From Paraphysomonas bandaiensis (Eukaryota > Protista > Chrysophyceae), in assembly GCA_965644295.1 (NCBI GenBank), contig CBFFRP010000294.1, positions 31,594-95,593 on the forward strand: a stretch of 64,000 bases of DNA. Direction: 5' to 3'. Shown here in pieces: positions 27,057 through 41,573 of the stretch. The notes below the pieces were generated by a model, which did no database searches, had not been told where the DNA came from, and worked only from the letters and a program-made list of their open reading frames with translations. A program made the position numbers and the translations under genes. Numbering within the stretch: position 1 is the first letter of the stretch; every line of letters starts with the position of its first letter.

Positions 27057-28216
27057 GATTGAGATATTGTTATATAGATATGTATGTAATTATGAAGGAG
27101 ATACGCTACTAATATAAGAGTATATGAAGAGTACGTGTATAGTATGTAGAAGTAGATGTAGATGAAGAGTATGTATGTATATCTCATTAAAATGAAGTCA
27201 AAGTAAAGAAGATACGGGCTACATAACGGGCTACATATACGGGATGGAATCCGTCATATTGTTTACATACAGAGAGTGCCTGTGCACTTGTTCTTCTGTG
27301 CATTGGTGAGATTGATCCACTTTAGATACTTCTTGGAGTACACCATCCCATTCAGACATTGCTCTGCCTTCAAATGCTTCAGCTGATGCAGCAATAGCGG
27401 AGGATCATATCAACCTTTAACAGCTTCATCATCGAAACGTTTCGTTTAGCCTTTTGCTTTTAATTTTGATCATATAAAGGTGGGTTTTCTAGCTGTTTTG
27501 CTGTTTTTCATATCAAAACATGGAATATCATTAAAAGATACGATACTATGATTGCTTACTAATTAATTCAGTTATCAGTGTGATTAAATGCAATGAATGT
27601 ATTAGTAAAGTAAATCGCATCCTGTTGAGAATGCGGTGAATCTTAACGAGCTGCATGGACTATATTTATCTGGTTTATACACGCTTTTAGGTCATAAAAG
27701 AAATACAGAAGTAGGACTGCTTAAGAACAACAAGATCAGAACTAGTGTGTTCACTTATTTTATTGTATTGCAAGTATTTTCTACGTTGAACATGACAGTT
27801 TTGATAGGATGGCATCCAATATCGATCACTGTTTTGATGATGATTTTGTTTAAGCTGCATTTTAAATTTTAACGTCGATAGCTGTTTTTCTAGTACATGT
27901 CATTACCTAAAAATATAATTAGTGTTTTATGTTTGTAGCATGACAACGTCACTAATTCTTTTAATTTTACTGTCAATAATGTAGTTTTCATGAGGTGTCT
28001 AATAGCTAATAGTTTTACGCGTAGCTTGATATCAGCATCCCTCAATAAAGTTCCGGGATGAGGAATTTTGTAATTTCTTACACATACACCTTCAGTTCCG
28101 GGCTAGAATTTTTTCTAAGAACCTAGAAAATGCTGATAATATTACGTAATATTGCTTTATATATTACGAAATTACTATGAATAATGTAGCCAAGAATTTC
28201 TCAAACTATTCCATAT

Positions 28217-29187
28217 CTACTTGTCATATCTCTTGATACGCAATAACGAATATACGCCGAGACAAATTACCTATACAGCACGTCAAATATATGTATGCAT
28301 CATGTATAACTTACCGCATTTACATATACATTGTGAGACTCCTCTAGCTGGTTCAAGCAAACTCCGGCAAAAAAGAACACCAAAAGCTGCACACCAGAAT
28401 CAATGAATACATCGCATATAGCCTCATAGTCGCTACTCACCACTGCTATAAGACCCGCATACCACAATACCACATAGCGCCCAGTATAATCTAAAAAGAA
28501 GTAGTAAAATACCCCTTTATACTCATACCACACCCATGAAAAGAGGCAATAACAGACCCCATAAAGCACAGCGAAGGGAGCATGTGATGAATTGAAGTGG
28601 AGACCATTCAGCATACTTTCAGCAGTCATAAATATTACATTCGCGTTGTGCATTAATAGTGATGGAATTCGAAAAAAGTTATCAACTGGAAGACCACGGG
28701 ATATTCCACCAGGGATGAGTACAAATGATGTAACACTGGTAACTAGAAAAGAAACTGCAAATGAGAGCTCATAAAGGACCCATCCCAATTCTATGAAAAC
28801 TCTCGGAACAAGATGATCCAGTCCCATACTTGTCATAATACTACAGTAAGAACTGATTAAGAAATATATCCCCATGACATTCCATGACCAAACAGTAAAT
28901 GTTGTTAGTCTTTCTAAGTGCAAAACTTGTACTGTCTTATGTGTACCCTCTCTTGTAGTTACAGTCACCTTCAATCCTTTGGGGTCACGAACAATGTGAA
29001 GAGATGTTGCAAATACTAATATTAATATAGAAAATCTTAATATTGCCAATATATGTGTGGGGAGTGTTCTACTCTGTGAGATATTAGCAACTGATACAAG
29101 ACTAAATCCAAGATCTCGTGTAGTAATTAAATGAAAACAGTATGCAACTAATATAAAAAGAAACCCTGATGCATCAATTAATCCCAT
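28217..29187 (-). CDS. FAR-17a/AIG1- or rolling-stone-like multi-pass membrane protein
   Basis: 'TTFTVWSW...YF', 'MHNAN' and 'YYFFLDY' motifs with multiple TM helices; 3' introns lead to TAG at 28217. Confidence 0.65.
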
Positions 29188-29607
29188 TGTAACTTAATTG
29201 TAGTGTACTTAAGTTACTATGATGGTGATATCAATTGATTTCATGTATGGGATGATACATAGATAAGGACTGGATACTGAGCAGAGTATATGCATAGGTA
29301 CGTAGAGATACGGGCTACATTGTTGTGGTGTACAGAGCAGCAGTCACAAAGTAGTGGATATACTTCGACAGGTACATTGTGTGTGTATAGATGTTGGTAT
29401 AGAGGTACGAGTTCGTTGTACATAGGTACAATTTCATTGTGTTGTAGTTGCATATAGAAAAATAGAAGCAAGTCCAGAACATATACATACATACACCAGT
29501 ACAGGTGCATATATACATAGTTACATACATGCAGATCTCTATGGAATTGTTCGTACAGTACTCACACATATCAACATGAGCTTCTGATAGATACTTAATA
29601 TATCATC

Positions 29608-30322
29608 ATGGGATATAAAAGAATTCCATCCGCATCATCAGGTGGTTTGAGTACTCAATTAATAACTGATGATACAGATTCTGATCCTGATATTGACACT
29701 AGTATTGATTTCTTTATAGACCGTCGAGTTCTGTATGGATTACGAGGAAAATATCTTGAAGAAGCAAATTCACATTTAATTCTTTTAGAAGTAACAGGTA
29801 TGTATATGCATATAACTCGACATAGAAGTCTGTGTATATAAGTATGTGTATATATAACTGTATATATAAGTGTATATATATGTGTGTGTATACAGGAGTA
29901 TGTGTATATATAACTGTATGAATAAGTAGAATAATGTATTTTCGTAGAAAATGATCCCTCATTGAGGCGCTCCACATTATTAGACGGTAGAACTATAGAC
30001 TTTTTATTTGGGAATGACGTGACAAGAGCTTTTCCAGGTAATCATATGAAATATATACATGAAGTATATAATGAATGTTGCAGCTAAGCAGTACATACGA
30101 TGTCTTCATGAGGAACAGCAAGATATGGCTGTAAAGTTTTACCACGCTGTCTATGACGCTACAATGGAATACCATTCCAGTCTACGAGGATATGGTCTAT
30201 GTGCTTGTTGTGTAACAAGTAATGCGAAGGATATTTTAGAAGAAAAACTTGAGCACTCCTATAGGGAATTCATCTCAACGCTGGCGGTCCTTCAAAATAC
30301 TGGCTTGATTGATGATATATAG
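29608..30322 (+). CDS. Small three-exon hypothetical protein
   Basis: ORFs 29608-29841 and 30059-30322 plus a short middle exon (~29949-30037), joined by GT-AG introns. Confidence 0.55.
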
Positions 30323-30949
30323 ATCTTTTGCCAAAGTGGTGATATGTACGCACATGTGCTGGTTGTTGGCCCGGCCTGTGGTAGTATCTGTACATAGTTG
30401 TTATCTGCGTTCGGTTTTGTATTGTTTATCATATAGCATGATTAAGAAACTGAATATTATTTCGTAAATATTTGAGACAACGATATGTCGTAGTTTTTAA
30501 CCTCCTTTCTATAAATTAGCAGTGCCCTCCACAGTTGTAGTGTTGTAGATGCAAAATAATCTAGTATTTGAAGGTTATATATGTATGTATGCAAGGCAAA
30601 CTTTGCCGGTTCGGTTTCCATAGATGAAAAAGCCATATTGAAAGTGTTTTATAGGATATATATAGGATCTGAAATTTCTGATAGGTACATGGTATAACAA
30701 TAGGCACACTATACACGTGGACAAATAAAATTTTCGTTAGTCCGCCCTTCATACAGAACGTATTAAATGAAGCAGGTGATATATTGAATAATTACACTCA
30801 TATATGCTCGGTGCTAATAATTACCAATTCGACAAAACAAAGAACTCATTTCTAGCAATGACTATTGTCTACATCTAAAGGTACATTCCTACGTTCACTG
30901 TACTCGTTTTCGTATGTGACCACTGAGAGATCTACTTATCTAGAAGAAG

Positions 30950-33900
30950 CTAGTCGAGAAGTTGTGAAAAGGCCTTCCACGCCTTTCGGAACGGCTTACG
31001 GCACTCCTCTTTTAAAAACGGTTGTATTTCAGCAGATAAATACACAGAGTTTTGCTGGAGTTTACTGCGAAGGCTAGCGCGCGAGAAAACGCCATCACTA
31101 CTTAACCTTTGAAGAATGCCGGCAACCTGATCATGCAGTAACTCAAAAACACTGTGAAATCATTTCAGCTGTCATACCCGCTTGTTAGGTTTCCTCTCTG
31201 TGATAACAGAGAGTGGTTCGACCATGTTATCCTTTTTAAATACAGTAGACAAGCCACACTCAGTCACGACTTTTCCCTCCAACAGCAATCGCCCAAACCA
31301 TCTAGAAGGCATCAAATTACTATAAAAATGAAGTTATTGATAAGATTAATCACCTGTATATCTCGTCCTGCGCCCTGTACCCGCTAGGTTCAGATCTCAC
31401 TGCCGATGAGTTGAGTGCTTGTTCTGAGACCAGCCGTTCACAGCAGTGTTTGAGAGGCTGTAATACAGGTGGGAGTTGCCAACGATGAACTCCTACAAAT
31501 ATTGTAATTACTAATGTAGACCTTCGCATTTTAATGTCGTACCATAGACTGAGGGAACGTAGCACATTATCATGTCCGTCTCCAAATCAAAGAATGGTGA
31601 GGGGTGGTCTTGAGGAGAAAGCCAGTTCAAAAGAGGACAATCCCTGATCATATACAATCAGTCGAGTGTCATGTCGCGCACCGGTACTGACCTGCACAAT
31701 TCAGGGATCCATGCGGCACTCACAACAGTAACCCCCGACATATATGTGGTATCTCCTGTCTGGTTGGATATCAACTCATTGTATACGACATACTCCGGAA
31801 GCGGCTCAGTAGGGTCCTAAATATATATAACAACAGCTCTATCAAGCAGAAGACAAGTGATACTACCTTTCGGTACAATGTGGAATTAGGATGGATGTAC
31901 ACAGGAGTTGATATCGCCGGGTCGCAACAAAGATATGCTAGATATTCACCAAAATTACTGAAGAATATTCAAAAACATGCAGCGTTACCTGTCAAACGCT
32001 TACGCCTGCTCGTGCCAGGTGCCAACTCAATGGCACCAAGGGGAGCCTTGCGGGCAATACGATCACTTGATCCAGTCAGTAATATCTGCAATTATATAAG
32101 CAGATTACATGCACCTATGCTGCCCACCTGTCGCAATGCAACTTCTTGCGCAGCATCTGGAGGTGGTACGCGATCAAGTTTATCATAACCGCTAATTTCC
32201 TCTTTGCTACCACTTTTAACTAGAATTTTCATAGCAAGCTGGTGTAGCTGTCGCTGTAATTCGAGTGATCGATGAAGTGTCGCCTAAAATCGAAAGTTAC
32301 CGTCAAAATTGGTAATGAGAGAATAACTAACCCTATGCAGCGCATATTTTCGACATAGTTTTGAAACCGCCCCGTCGTCGTCACTGGTTTTAGAGAGAGC
32401 GCCGCTCTCGGCAAGGCAATAAGAAAATGCACCCAAGGCTTGCACTCTGGCGAGTATATCACTATTGGGGTGTCGCCACATTTCTTTCTTATTGGACTCT
32501 GTAAACAAGTAAAACACTGCCTCTCGACTATCAAGGAGCACTACCTTTTTCATCATCGTTGTCGCTGTCCGAATGACTCTCATTTATTGGAGCTGGTTGG
32601 CTATTAAAGGGACTCCTGTTGAAATAGTGTTACATGTACTCATCAATGCATTGATTGATATCCGTCACACCTCTCCGCGACACATGCAATTAGAGCAGTC
32701 ACCAAAGGTAGAGGGAGAACTCCAGTTTTATATGATACTATGAGCATTTTGGCGAGACGGACACTAAAATAGTCAAGTTAAAGTTAAAGTGGGGAATTAC
32801 ATAGGGGGAATTACTTGACAGGAAACTTGGCAATTTTCTTTCCAATCGCAGTTAAGCTGGCTGTGGGCCTAGTAGCCTGTTGGTTTCCGGCGCTATCCAT
32901 GATTGCATTCATGGTATCCATAGCAGTCACTGGGTGCGACATTCGGGGAGCTGAGTGGAGCGCTCCTATGTAAGTCAGTACAGTGTATGCGCGTCGCAGT
33001 GCATGAAGTGGTGGTGGAGTGGGAAAAGGGAAGCGCTCTTCATTATCAACACCAATTGATCTCAACTGTATACAGTACGTTCCATTAAGCCACACATATT
33101 TCACGTCATCAAAACAGTACTTGAAGAATAAGGTCCTCAAGGGGGGTGGTGCATATCTCGGGTTCTTGAAACATTTTCATATGCTGGTCATAAAAAGCAG
33201 AACTGCAAGCCAGATTTACTCGTAACTCATGTTCGTTGATATGCTGTGCCTTACCTATACAATCTATATCCGTGTCCTGGGCCCGTACGACCAGCTCGTC
33301 CTAGTCTCTGATCGGCGGATGCTTTAGATATCCACGTCACCTGTACGCATAGTCAGGGGAGCAGATGCGATGGATACAGAAACACGAAGAATTGGATGGT
33401 TGTCATCCCCGTACCTCGTAACGGCTGATACCAGAAACTTTGTCAATCACACGCTCCTTCTGCCGGCCGCAGTCAACCACATACCTACACTGACCAGTGA
33501 AATATGCACTAAATACCCCTCAATGAAAGACCTTATCGAAGGTATCGTAATGGAAGTCTCAGCTACATTTGTCGCTACGACAATCAGACGGTGACCTGGC
33601 GGAGGGGGCTGAAACACAAGTTTTTGCTGTTCCGCCGGGAGCATGGCAAACAAAGGAAGCACATGCACTCGCTGTGGACCTGTTTGCTGTGGTGGGGGAC
33701 AGCTGAATCTCATTAAGAGCATGAGAAGATACCGTATACTGTAACACACCTTTGACCAGAGCGATCTTCGTTATCGTTTGGTGCTTCACCCTCCTTCGGT
33801 CCCAGTACCTCTTGCAATAGTTGAGACCGCAGTGCTGCTTCATCATCTTCTTTGCCGTCAACATCCTGACCAGATGTGTCTTCATTCATTTCTTCTATAT

Positions 33901-36317
33901 CAGAAAGTTCTTCGTCATCAGACTCGTCGGAGTCATCCTCTACGAAATTGCGAAGTAGCTCTTCGTTGGATGTGTCTCGCCACATGTCCGCTTCATGCTC
34001 TCTGTCATCCAATCCCGGCACCGCTGCCCTAGATGTGCGCCCACCACCGTCCTCTTTAGCGTCAATCAGTTTAGATATTGTATCCTCAACTTCAACAGCA
34101 GTGCCTTTGTATCGCCTGTTGAGCCGTCTGGTGGCCATGTTAGTCAAAGAAGTACAACATATACCTACTCACGTTGAAAGTTTCCGGCACATGTGCAGAA
34201 TCTCTCTTTTCCCTGTCAAGAAGACTAGAATGCCTGCAACACATCAACAGAGAGCTACAACCCTGTAGGGCATACCTCCATCAGGAAGTTTATTATGAAT
34301 GAGGCAAGTCTTCCGGAAGCACTCCTGCAGGTAGTTAGTGGTCTCCGTCTTGCGTGAAAAATGGGTAGTGACAGGAAATTGCCTTGCCTCCACCTACGGT
34401 AGGTATCGTCGAATGAAAAACAACATTAGTCAATCAGGTCAAATTACCTTGATGACAGGTGGAGGAGATGGAAATAATCGCGGGCTCTGAAAGTCTTGCA
34501 CCCGAAGCGTCGCGGACATGATAATGAGGCGCAGTGGCTTAATAGGTGGCTGGTACTGATCTCGTTCCTCTGCTGACAGGGCATCCCATTGTGCTTTCTC
34601 AAGCAAATGCTGTTGACGGCGCAGAGGAATAGTACGACTTAGCATGCCGATTAGAACATCAGTATTAACATTTCTTTCGTGTGCTTCATCAATTAATACG
34701 GCACTATAGCTCCGTAGCAGCAGGTCTGACGATATCTGAAGACACACAAAGCAATTTCTTCGATTAGAATATGCAACAACGTAGCACTTGCGCTTACTTC
34801 TTTCAAAAGAATTCCATCTGTCATAAATTTTATCTTTGTTGAGCTTCCCACAGTCGAAGAATCGTGACGAATCTGATAGGCTACTAACTCCCCAGCGTCG
34901 CTCGAATGTCGCTTCTTCTTGTCAGTATTCCAGGGTGCACCCATTTCATCAGCAACACGCCTGGCAGTGCTCACCGCTGCCACCCGCCGTGGCTGGGTGA
35001 CACCTGTTTTAAATCGATCATAACATTACTTCCAGATGTATTGTAAAACATAATTACAGACAACACTCGACAAATGGCGCGGCATAAATGTGAGCTGCAC
35101 TTGCCTATAAGCCCTTCCTCAGCGTAACCGGCTTCATATAGAAACTGTGGAACCTGTGTAGACTTGCCCGATCCTGTCTCTCCGCACAGCACAATAACAT
35201 CGTTATTTCCAACCTGTTCAACGATCTCCTGTTCCATGCCGCAAACAGGAAGTAGCATACGTGCTGCCTGTATGTCGGGGTCACGATCAAGTAGAAATCG
35301 CTTCCTCTGTGGTAGTGGAGGCTGCACCTTGTCACCACTATTTAACATGTCGGCTTTCACCCTACCCGAGCTATCTACAGGCATATCTATCTCAACAGGC
35401 TCGTAAGCTGGTCCACTATCTCTTTTCTCCTCCTCTTCGAGAGCAGAGCCCGTGGTATCGGTAACAACTTCGCGTGGGGGCTTAGGAAGTGTAGCCTTCA
35501 GCTTGCTGAATTGTGACAGCAGGCTCGATCCCAAAGAGGTGGCCGAATGCTCCTTGGAATCAGGGCATGAAACGGTAGGGGTTTCAACAGCGGGAGAGGG
35601 TACAGAAACAGATGCAACTGAATTCGTCTTTACCACAGGTATAGGCTTATTGCCCTTTTCAGGTGCGTCAATAGTTACTGACGCAGCCGGAACTTCAGTT
35701 GATATGGTTGAACGAGTCTGGAAAAGAAGATTTTGATCATCTTCATCCAGAGCCAGTCCTAATTTGTGCTTGTCAAACGCCCTCTTCAGGCGACTTTTCG
35801 TTGACTGAGACTGTACAGTACTCACATCCTTACTACTGATTAGTAACGACCTGGACCAACAGTCATTCTTGTGAGTGCATAGTGGCATTAAGTACCTGCA
35901 TTTATCTGATATGGTATGGTTTTTAAGAACTTCATAATAGTGTGATCGTTTGGCCTCTTTTTCCGCTTTTTGCTAGATGAATTGTTATTATGAGAAACAC
36001 ATAATAGTATGGTGTGTAACGTACAGTGTGTAGTGTATAGTGCGTGATCGTATAGCGTATAGTGTATAGTGTGTAGTGTAAGTTGTACCTTCAACTGCTC
36101 TATCTTCTTCTTTGCTCTCTTGCTAAGAGGAGCAGTCTCTTCAGGTGTTTCTTCTATAACTTTCCCTACTTTTCTTTTGTTTTTTGAGGCTGGTAATATC
36201 GCATCACCTCCTCCTAACTCCTGATAAGAGGGTCATCATATCATGTAAGTTATAGAGTGTAACAGAAGACTGTGTATTCACCTCTAAGAGCTCAGGGCTT
36301 AAAATCTCTGAATCCAT
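30950..36317 (-). CDS. DHX37: DEAH-box RNA helicase DHX37/Dhr1
   Basis: '[19 protein letters not shown]', 'VTQPRRVAA', 'FMTDGILL', 'DEAHER', 'MSATL', 'LVFLTG', '[13 protein letters not shown]' and '[18 protein letters not shown]'. It has the acidic insertion typical of Dhr1 and many introns. Confidence 0.9.
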
Positions 36318-36899
36318 TCGGCTGATAGTGTGAACAATAGCCGATTGTAAGGTAGAGAGTGTGTAGAGTTAAGTATTCTTCAAACTAATCATGCCCAATG
36401 CTCTCATTCGTATGATTTCTACACACCATTGCCATATATAGTACACTCACACCCACCAGCACCAGTACATATGTACCATATATATGTATGTATATGTATG
36501 TACAGCAGTATATAAGTATATATGTATATGTACATGAAGTCAATACAGTACAAAGAAGTGAGCCAATCAAAACAACTCGTTCCATGAGCCAATGGTGATA
36601 ACAATGAATAAACGGGTTACCATCCCATTTATACGGTCGTTTATATACCCATTCACGGACCTCAACTACCTCTATACACTATTGTATATTATGGTAGCGT
36701 CTTCTTTAATAGTGTAGAGTTTTGAATGAAGTGAAAGTAAGTTCTATATATGCTACTATAGTATGCATAGTAAGTGAATATTGAGAGTAATAGAAGTGTA
36801 TACTCATAGGCATACATGTATATATATGCAGGATCTTATATACTACACTGAACATATGACTCTTCACAATACATAGTATGATATAGATACAATAACAGA

Positions 36900-39800
36900 A
36901 TGAATTCATCTATTGAACCTCTTACAGGGGTAAGAAGTCGTAGTAAATGTCTTGAACATATTGAAATATCTTCTATTGATAATTATCGTTCAATGGAACG
37001 TGATAAATTCATTTATTGTACTGAACAAATTGGATCATATCCTATACGTCCTATAGCTGATCATTGTACACGTAAATGTGTATATATGTATGAAGATAAA
37101 TATACATTCTCTCGTATACTTCAACAAAATATGCTTGTATTTAATTCACATTTTGAATGTGGTAATTTACATTCTGCACATTTAATTACAGCTAAAAATG
37201 AGATGCATTGTCGTGCAAATCATTCTTTCTATGATTTATATATGCATGAGGATTTGAATAGTTCAGCTGGTACAGCACAATGGTTTTATTTCTCTGTATC
37301 ATGTATGAAAGCTAATCAAGCGGTGAGATTGTGTTATTGAGTTTTCTATATGCCTTACAGTCACTCTGTAGGTTACATTCTCTATCAGAAATTTCTCCAA
37401 GCCAGATTCCCTCTTCTCGGAGGGTATGCGACCACTGATGCTCTCTACAGAGGTGTGAGCTTTGTCGTGGTAGTGGTGATGATAATAGTATTATATAGAT
37501 GAGTGAACGTGGGTGGGTGCGATGTGGTACCAACATCAGCTACCTGCCTGAGACGGAGTCCACGGAGGCCAACAATAGACAGACTAACTGTCGTCCCAGT
37601 TCCTTTGTGTTGAGTTTCACTCACGTATTTGAGCACTCTGACGATACCTGCTACTTCGCCTATGCCCATCCCTATACGTACACAGACCTTCAGAATCACT
37701 TGGCGGAGAAAGAAGGTTCTTTGGCTGCAGCGGGTGCGGACTATTTGTATCGGGGTGAACTTTGCAAGACCCTAGCTGGCAACGTTTGTGATCTACTTAC
37801 CATTTGTCCTGGTGCAAGGGATGGCGTTCCTGTCGACAGCAGTAAGCCACAGATTCTTCTAACAGCGCGGGTACATCCAGGCGAGACTTCTTCTTCCTGG
37901 ATAATGCAGGGTGTATTGGACTTCTTGCTTTCAGAGGACCCCGAGGCTGCTGATCTGCGGGACATGTGTGTCTTCAAGGTGGTGCCAATGCTAAATCCAG
38001 ACGGGGTTATCAACGGCAATAACCGAACTTCACTCTCAGGTGTGCTCTCTTTTTTGCTATGTGTATGAAGTAGAAATAATTGTAGTGACACAGGGCATGA
38101 CCTGAATAGAGTGTGGGATGCACCGTCAATTGAAAAGCATCCAACTATATTTCATTGCAAAGAGCTGGCAAGGGTAGCGCAATCCTCAGGTGGAGGATTA
38201 AGACTGTATCTTGATTTGCATGGACACTCAAGACAGCGTGGAGTTTTTGTATATGGGTGCCTTCCTGATATGAGTGTTGGGGTAGATCCTGTGCCTGGGT
38301 CAAGGGGACTGGTTCGATCTGTCTCGGCTGGCAGAGCACCAGCTGGTACATCTTCTGCTACGGAAAGAGAACTGTTCGCGTTTGGACGTAAGTTTTCTGC
38401 CGATGAGTCTAGTACGAGGCGAGTCAGACGGTCTTCTTCGGGTATCAGACAGCAGTCTACCAATTCGTCTATTGGCATAGCACAGTCAGGCCGCCCTCCT
38501 CGTGCTAGACGTAGCACAAGAGCTCGCAACGAGAACAATAAAGATGATTCGAGAGACTCTCAGCGCCGACTTCCACTACCCCCAACTCCTCCACCGCCTT
38601 CTCAACAACCCATCCCACCTCTCCCGCCACAGTCTCAGCTTATCCAACTCAATGCCCCGGCAGCACGATCCGGTAAAGGGGAGCGAGCCGCTCGGGAAGG
38701 GAGAGTCCGAAGGTTGCCCGATATCATGAGTATGCATGTTCCAGGGTTTTCGAAGCGGGCTTGCAGGTGGGAATGGCCGATTGAGAGGCTAATTTAGTGG
38801 TGTACATTTTACTCAAGTTCTATTGATGCAGTTCATGAATTTTCTGTGTTCATAATATTCTTATTGCTACAGCTACAAGTTGCCGCTGGCGAAGATGTCA
38901 ACATCCCGCGCGGTAGTTGCCTTGGAGTTAGGTACGTTGCAGTGTATTTTGAGGGATGATTGTCATATGGAGTTAGGGGTGGAGTGTGCATACACTGTTG
39001 AAGCCTCCATGGGTGGGTCAAGTGAGCATCTCTTTCATCCTAGCGATTTAATAGAGGTTGGGCAAGGCTTGTGCAAGAGGTGATTTTCTTTACGTGCCTT
39101 GAACTATTTAATATATATCCAGCATTCGCCAATGGCTTCACGAAACTGCAACTAGTAGCAGTGCTGATACTAGCACCTGTGCAGATAGCAACAGTTGTGT
39201 TGATACTGACGGTGACTATGATGTTGATTCGACGGTCCCACTTGCTGAAGTCGAATCCCAGATGAACGAAGTGGTATGTGCTTGCCTCTATTGCAGTCAT
39301 TTGCACACTGATGTGTACGCTCTCTGCTACTCACATATATGTAGTTGACAGTCGACGCTGATAACTATGAACCTCAAGTGGATGCTACGGTGCTACCCCC
39401 AGCAGTTCGTGTCATTGTGAGTGCGGGAAAGTCAAAAAGTGCTGTGCCTGATAGCGTCAAACTTTCAAAGTCCCCGGTGAAGAAAAGTGAGTTTCCTACC
39501 TTTGTGGTGGCTGTGAGTTGACCTATAATTTATAATTTAGGTTCACACAAGTGTCGAACGAAACAAGGTATGTGCTATAGGGTATAGATTGCTTTCTAAA
39601 TTCTTGTAGCTACTGTTGTTGGAGTGGATACTGAAGGAAAGAGCACTAAGAAGGTGATTGCTCTATTTTATGTTGTTCTGGGAATATATCCTAAATGGAG
39701 TACCTTTTTTCCTGTAGAGTCCGAAGGGAGGGGGAAGTCGTATACGGGAGAGGACGATGGGGCGTCAAAAAAAGAACATGCAGCAGCCACCTGTAGCTCT

Positions 39801-40195
39801 AAAGATTGTAGCGATAGGAACAAAGTGAGTTTCACTGGCCTTTATGGTGAATGATCACAGGTGATTTCTTCAGGGAATCTCCGCGAGACAGGTCGAGGAA
39901 AGTGAAGCCAACTGTGAATTCGAAAGACGACGCAGGCACGAATTGTATGTATAATAGTCGAAGATTGCCAATTCATGATTTCTGTGCAGCACATTCACTT
40001 TCGCGGAGTGATTCTGTGCGGCGAGGCCAGGGACCTGTGGGCTCTAGTGTAAATCAGAGGTCAGGGAGTAATGGAGGGTCATCGTCCCGAATTCTTTCGG
40101 CGAATAGTTTAGAGCTGTCCGCCTGTTCCCTCCCTGTAGTGGGATCTACTCGTGCGAATACTTCTTTCCATGCCCCCCACATTCATCAGTCATAG
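36900..40195 (+). CDS. Cytosolic carboxypeptidase (CCP/AGBL, peptidase M14D; tubulin deglutamylase family)
   Basis: 'FECGNL', 'QWFYF', 'AHPYTY', 'ARVHPGE', 'PMLNPDGV..GN.R', 'DLHGHS' and 'YTVEASMGG'. The exon structure of the low-complexity C-terminus is uncertain. Confidence 0.88.
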
Positions 40196-41573
40196 CATGA
40201 TGTGAGAATATTTGTCATGAGTCATGTTAATTAGATACGTTTCAGGAAAATAGAAACAACCTATAGAGTACGTTATGTATGTTGTAAGTAATGTCTATAA
40301 GTAATAAACAGTTATATTACAGTATCGAGACTTTTTGTAGTAAGCGTATGAAGAATACAGTTCTTTGTAGTGTATAGAATATAGAGTATAGTACATTAAG
40401 CGTAAAATAAATCTTACTTGATGTCAAACTAAAACAATTAGTGGATTCGTGAACGTCGGTTGTAGAAGTAAGAATGAACAACCCTGACTTACTTCCTTCT
40501 ACTTTTAAACTGATATGATAAACAAAGCATTTACTTATTACTTGAGTAAGATTAGTTCTGCCAAATTCTCACACATTGGTAAATAATTCTGTATGAAGAC
40601 TCTAGCCTTGTAATTTTGCTACTGTGTTGCTTAAGATAATTTGGTTGAAAGTTAGAGCTTGCTAAAGCAACAAAGCCAGGCCCAGTAAACAATAGGGAAA
40701 TATTATTCAACCTCTAGTCAAATTGGTTGAATTACCTAGTCAAAGTAATAAATGATTCAACCTAGTCATTTTTAGTTATAAAACTAGTCATAAATGTACT
40801 CGCATATAACTACGCGTTACAGAACGATGAAGTCACACAGCAGGTAAAAAGTGAAACCAACGCAGCATAGATCAGGTCAAAGCAGAGTTAGAGTATAGAA
40901 AAAAAGATTTTTATAGTAGCATAGACAGGACTCCATCGCTCATGTAGCATAAACAGGAATAATCTCTTCTTTGTTCTCTGAGCAGAATATCCATATATTT
41001 CTTCATGTTCCCTTCGAACCAAACGTCATGAAATCTTGCCGTCTGGGGGGGGTTATCAGTGTCACTTATATTTATATCAATTACAATCCACAGATATGAC
41101 TTGGTCACAAGAAACTGCACAATTCTCGTTCGATTGCGAGGACGAAATGTGATGCATTGCATATGTATAATAGTTGTTGTTGCATTTTCATTAATTAATG
41201 GCTAGAGTATGCTGCCATGCTTGAGTGGAAATTATTTTTTTTGAATAGGTGAATACCTTAAAACACCTAGTCATTGTAAACTGAAAATATGAATTATTAA
41301 ATGACTAGGTTTTTCACTAACCCTACATACCATATACAATTCTCAGACAATACGGACGAGGGGGTACAGAGGTACAAATACTTTGTTGAACTCATTCGAA
41401 TCACCCAACTACAGGGTTGGAACGTTATCGCAAAACATCACGTCTGTATAGAATATATATTATATTATTATTGTCACGACTCTAATAACTTATGCAGATA
41501 CTATATCATATGAGAACTGTAAACATTGTCAATAGCACATCAGCGCAACCGTCAAAGATATACTAACTGAATA

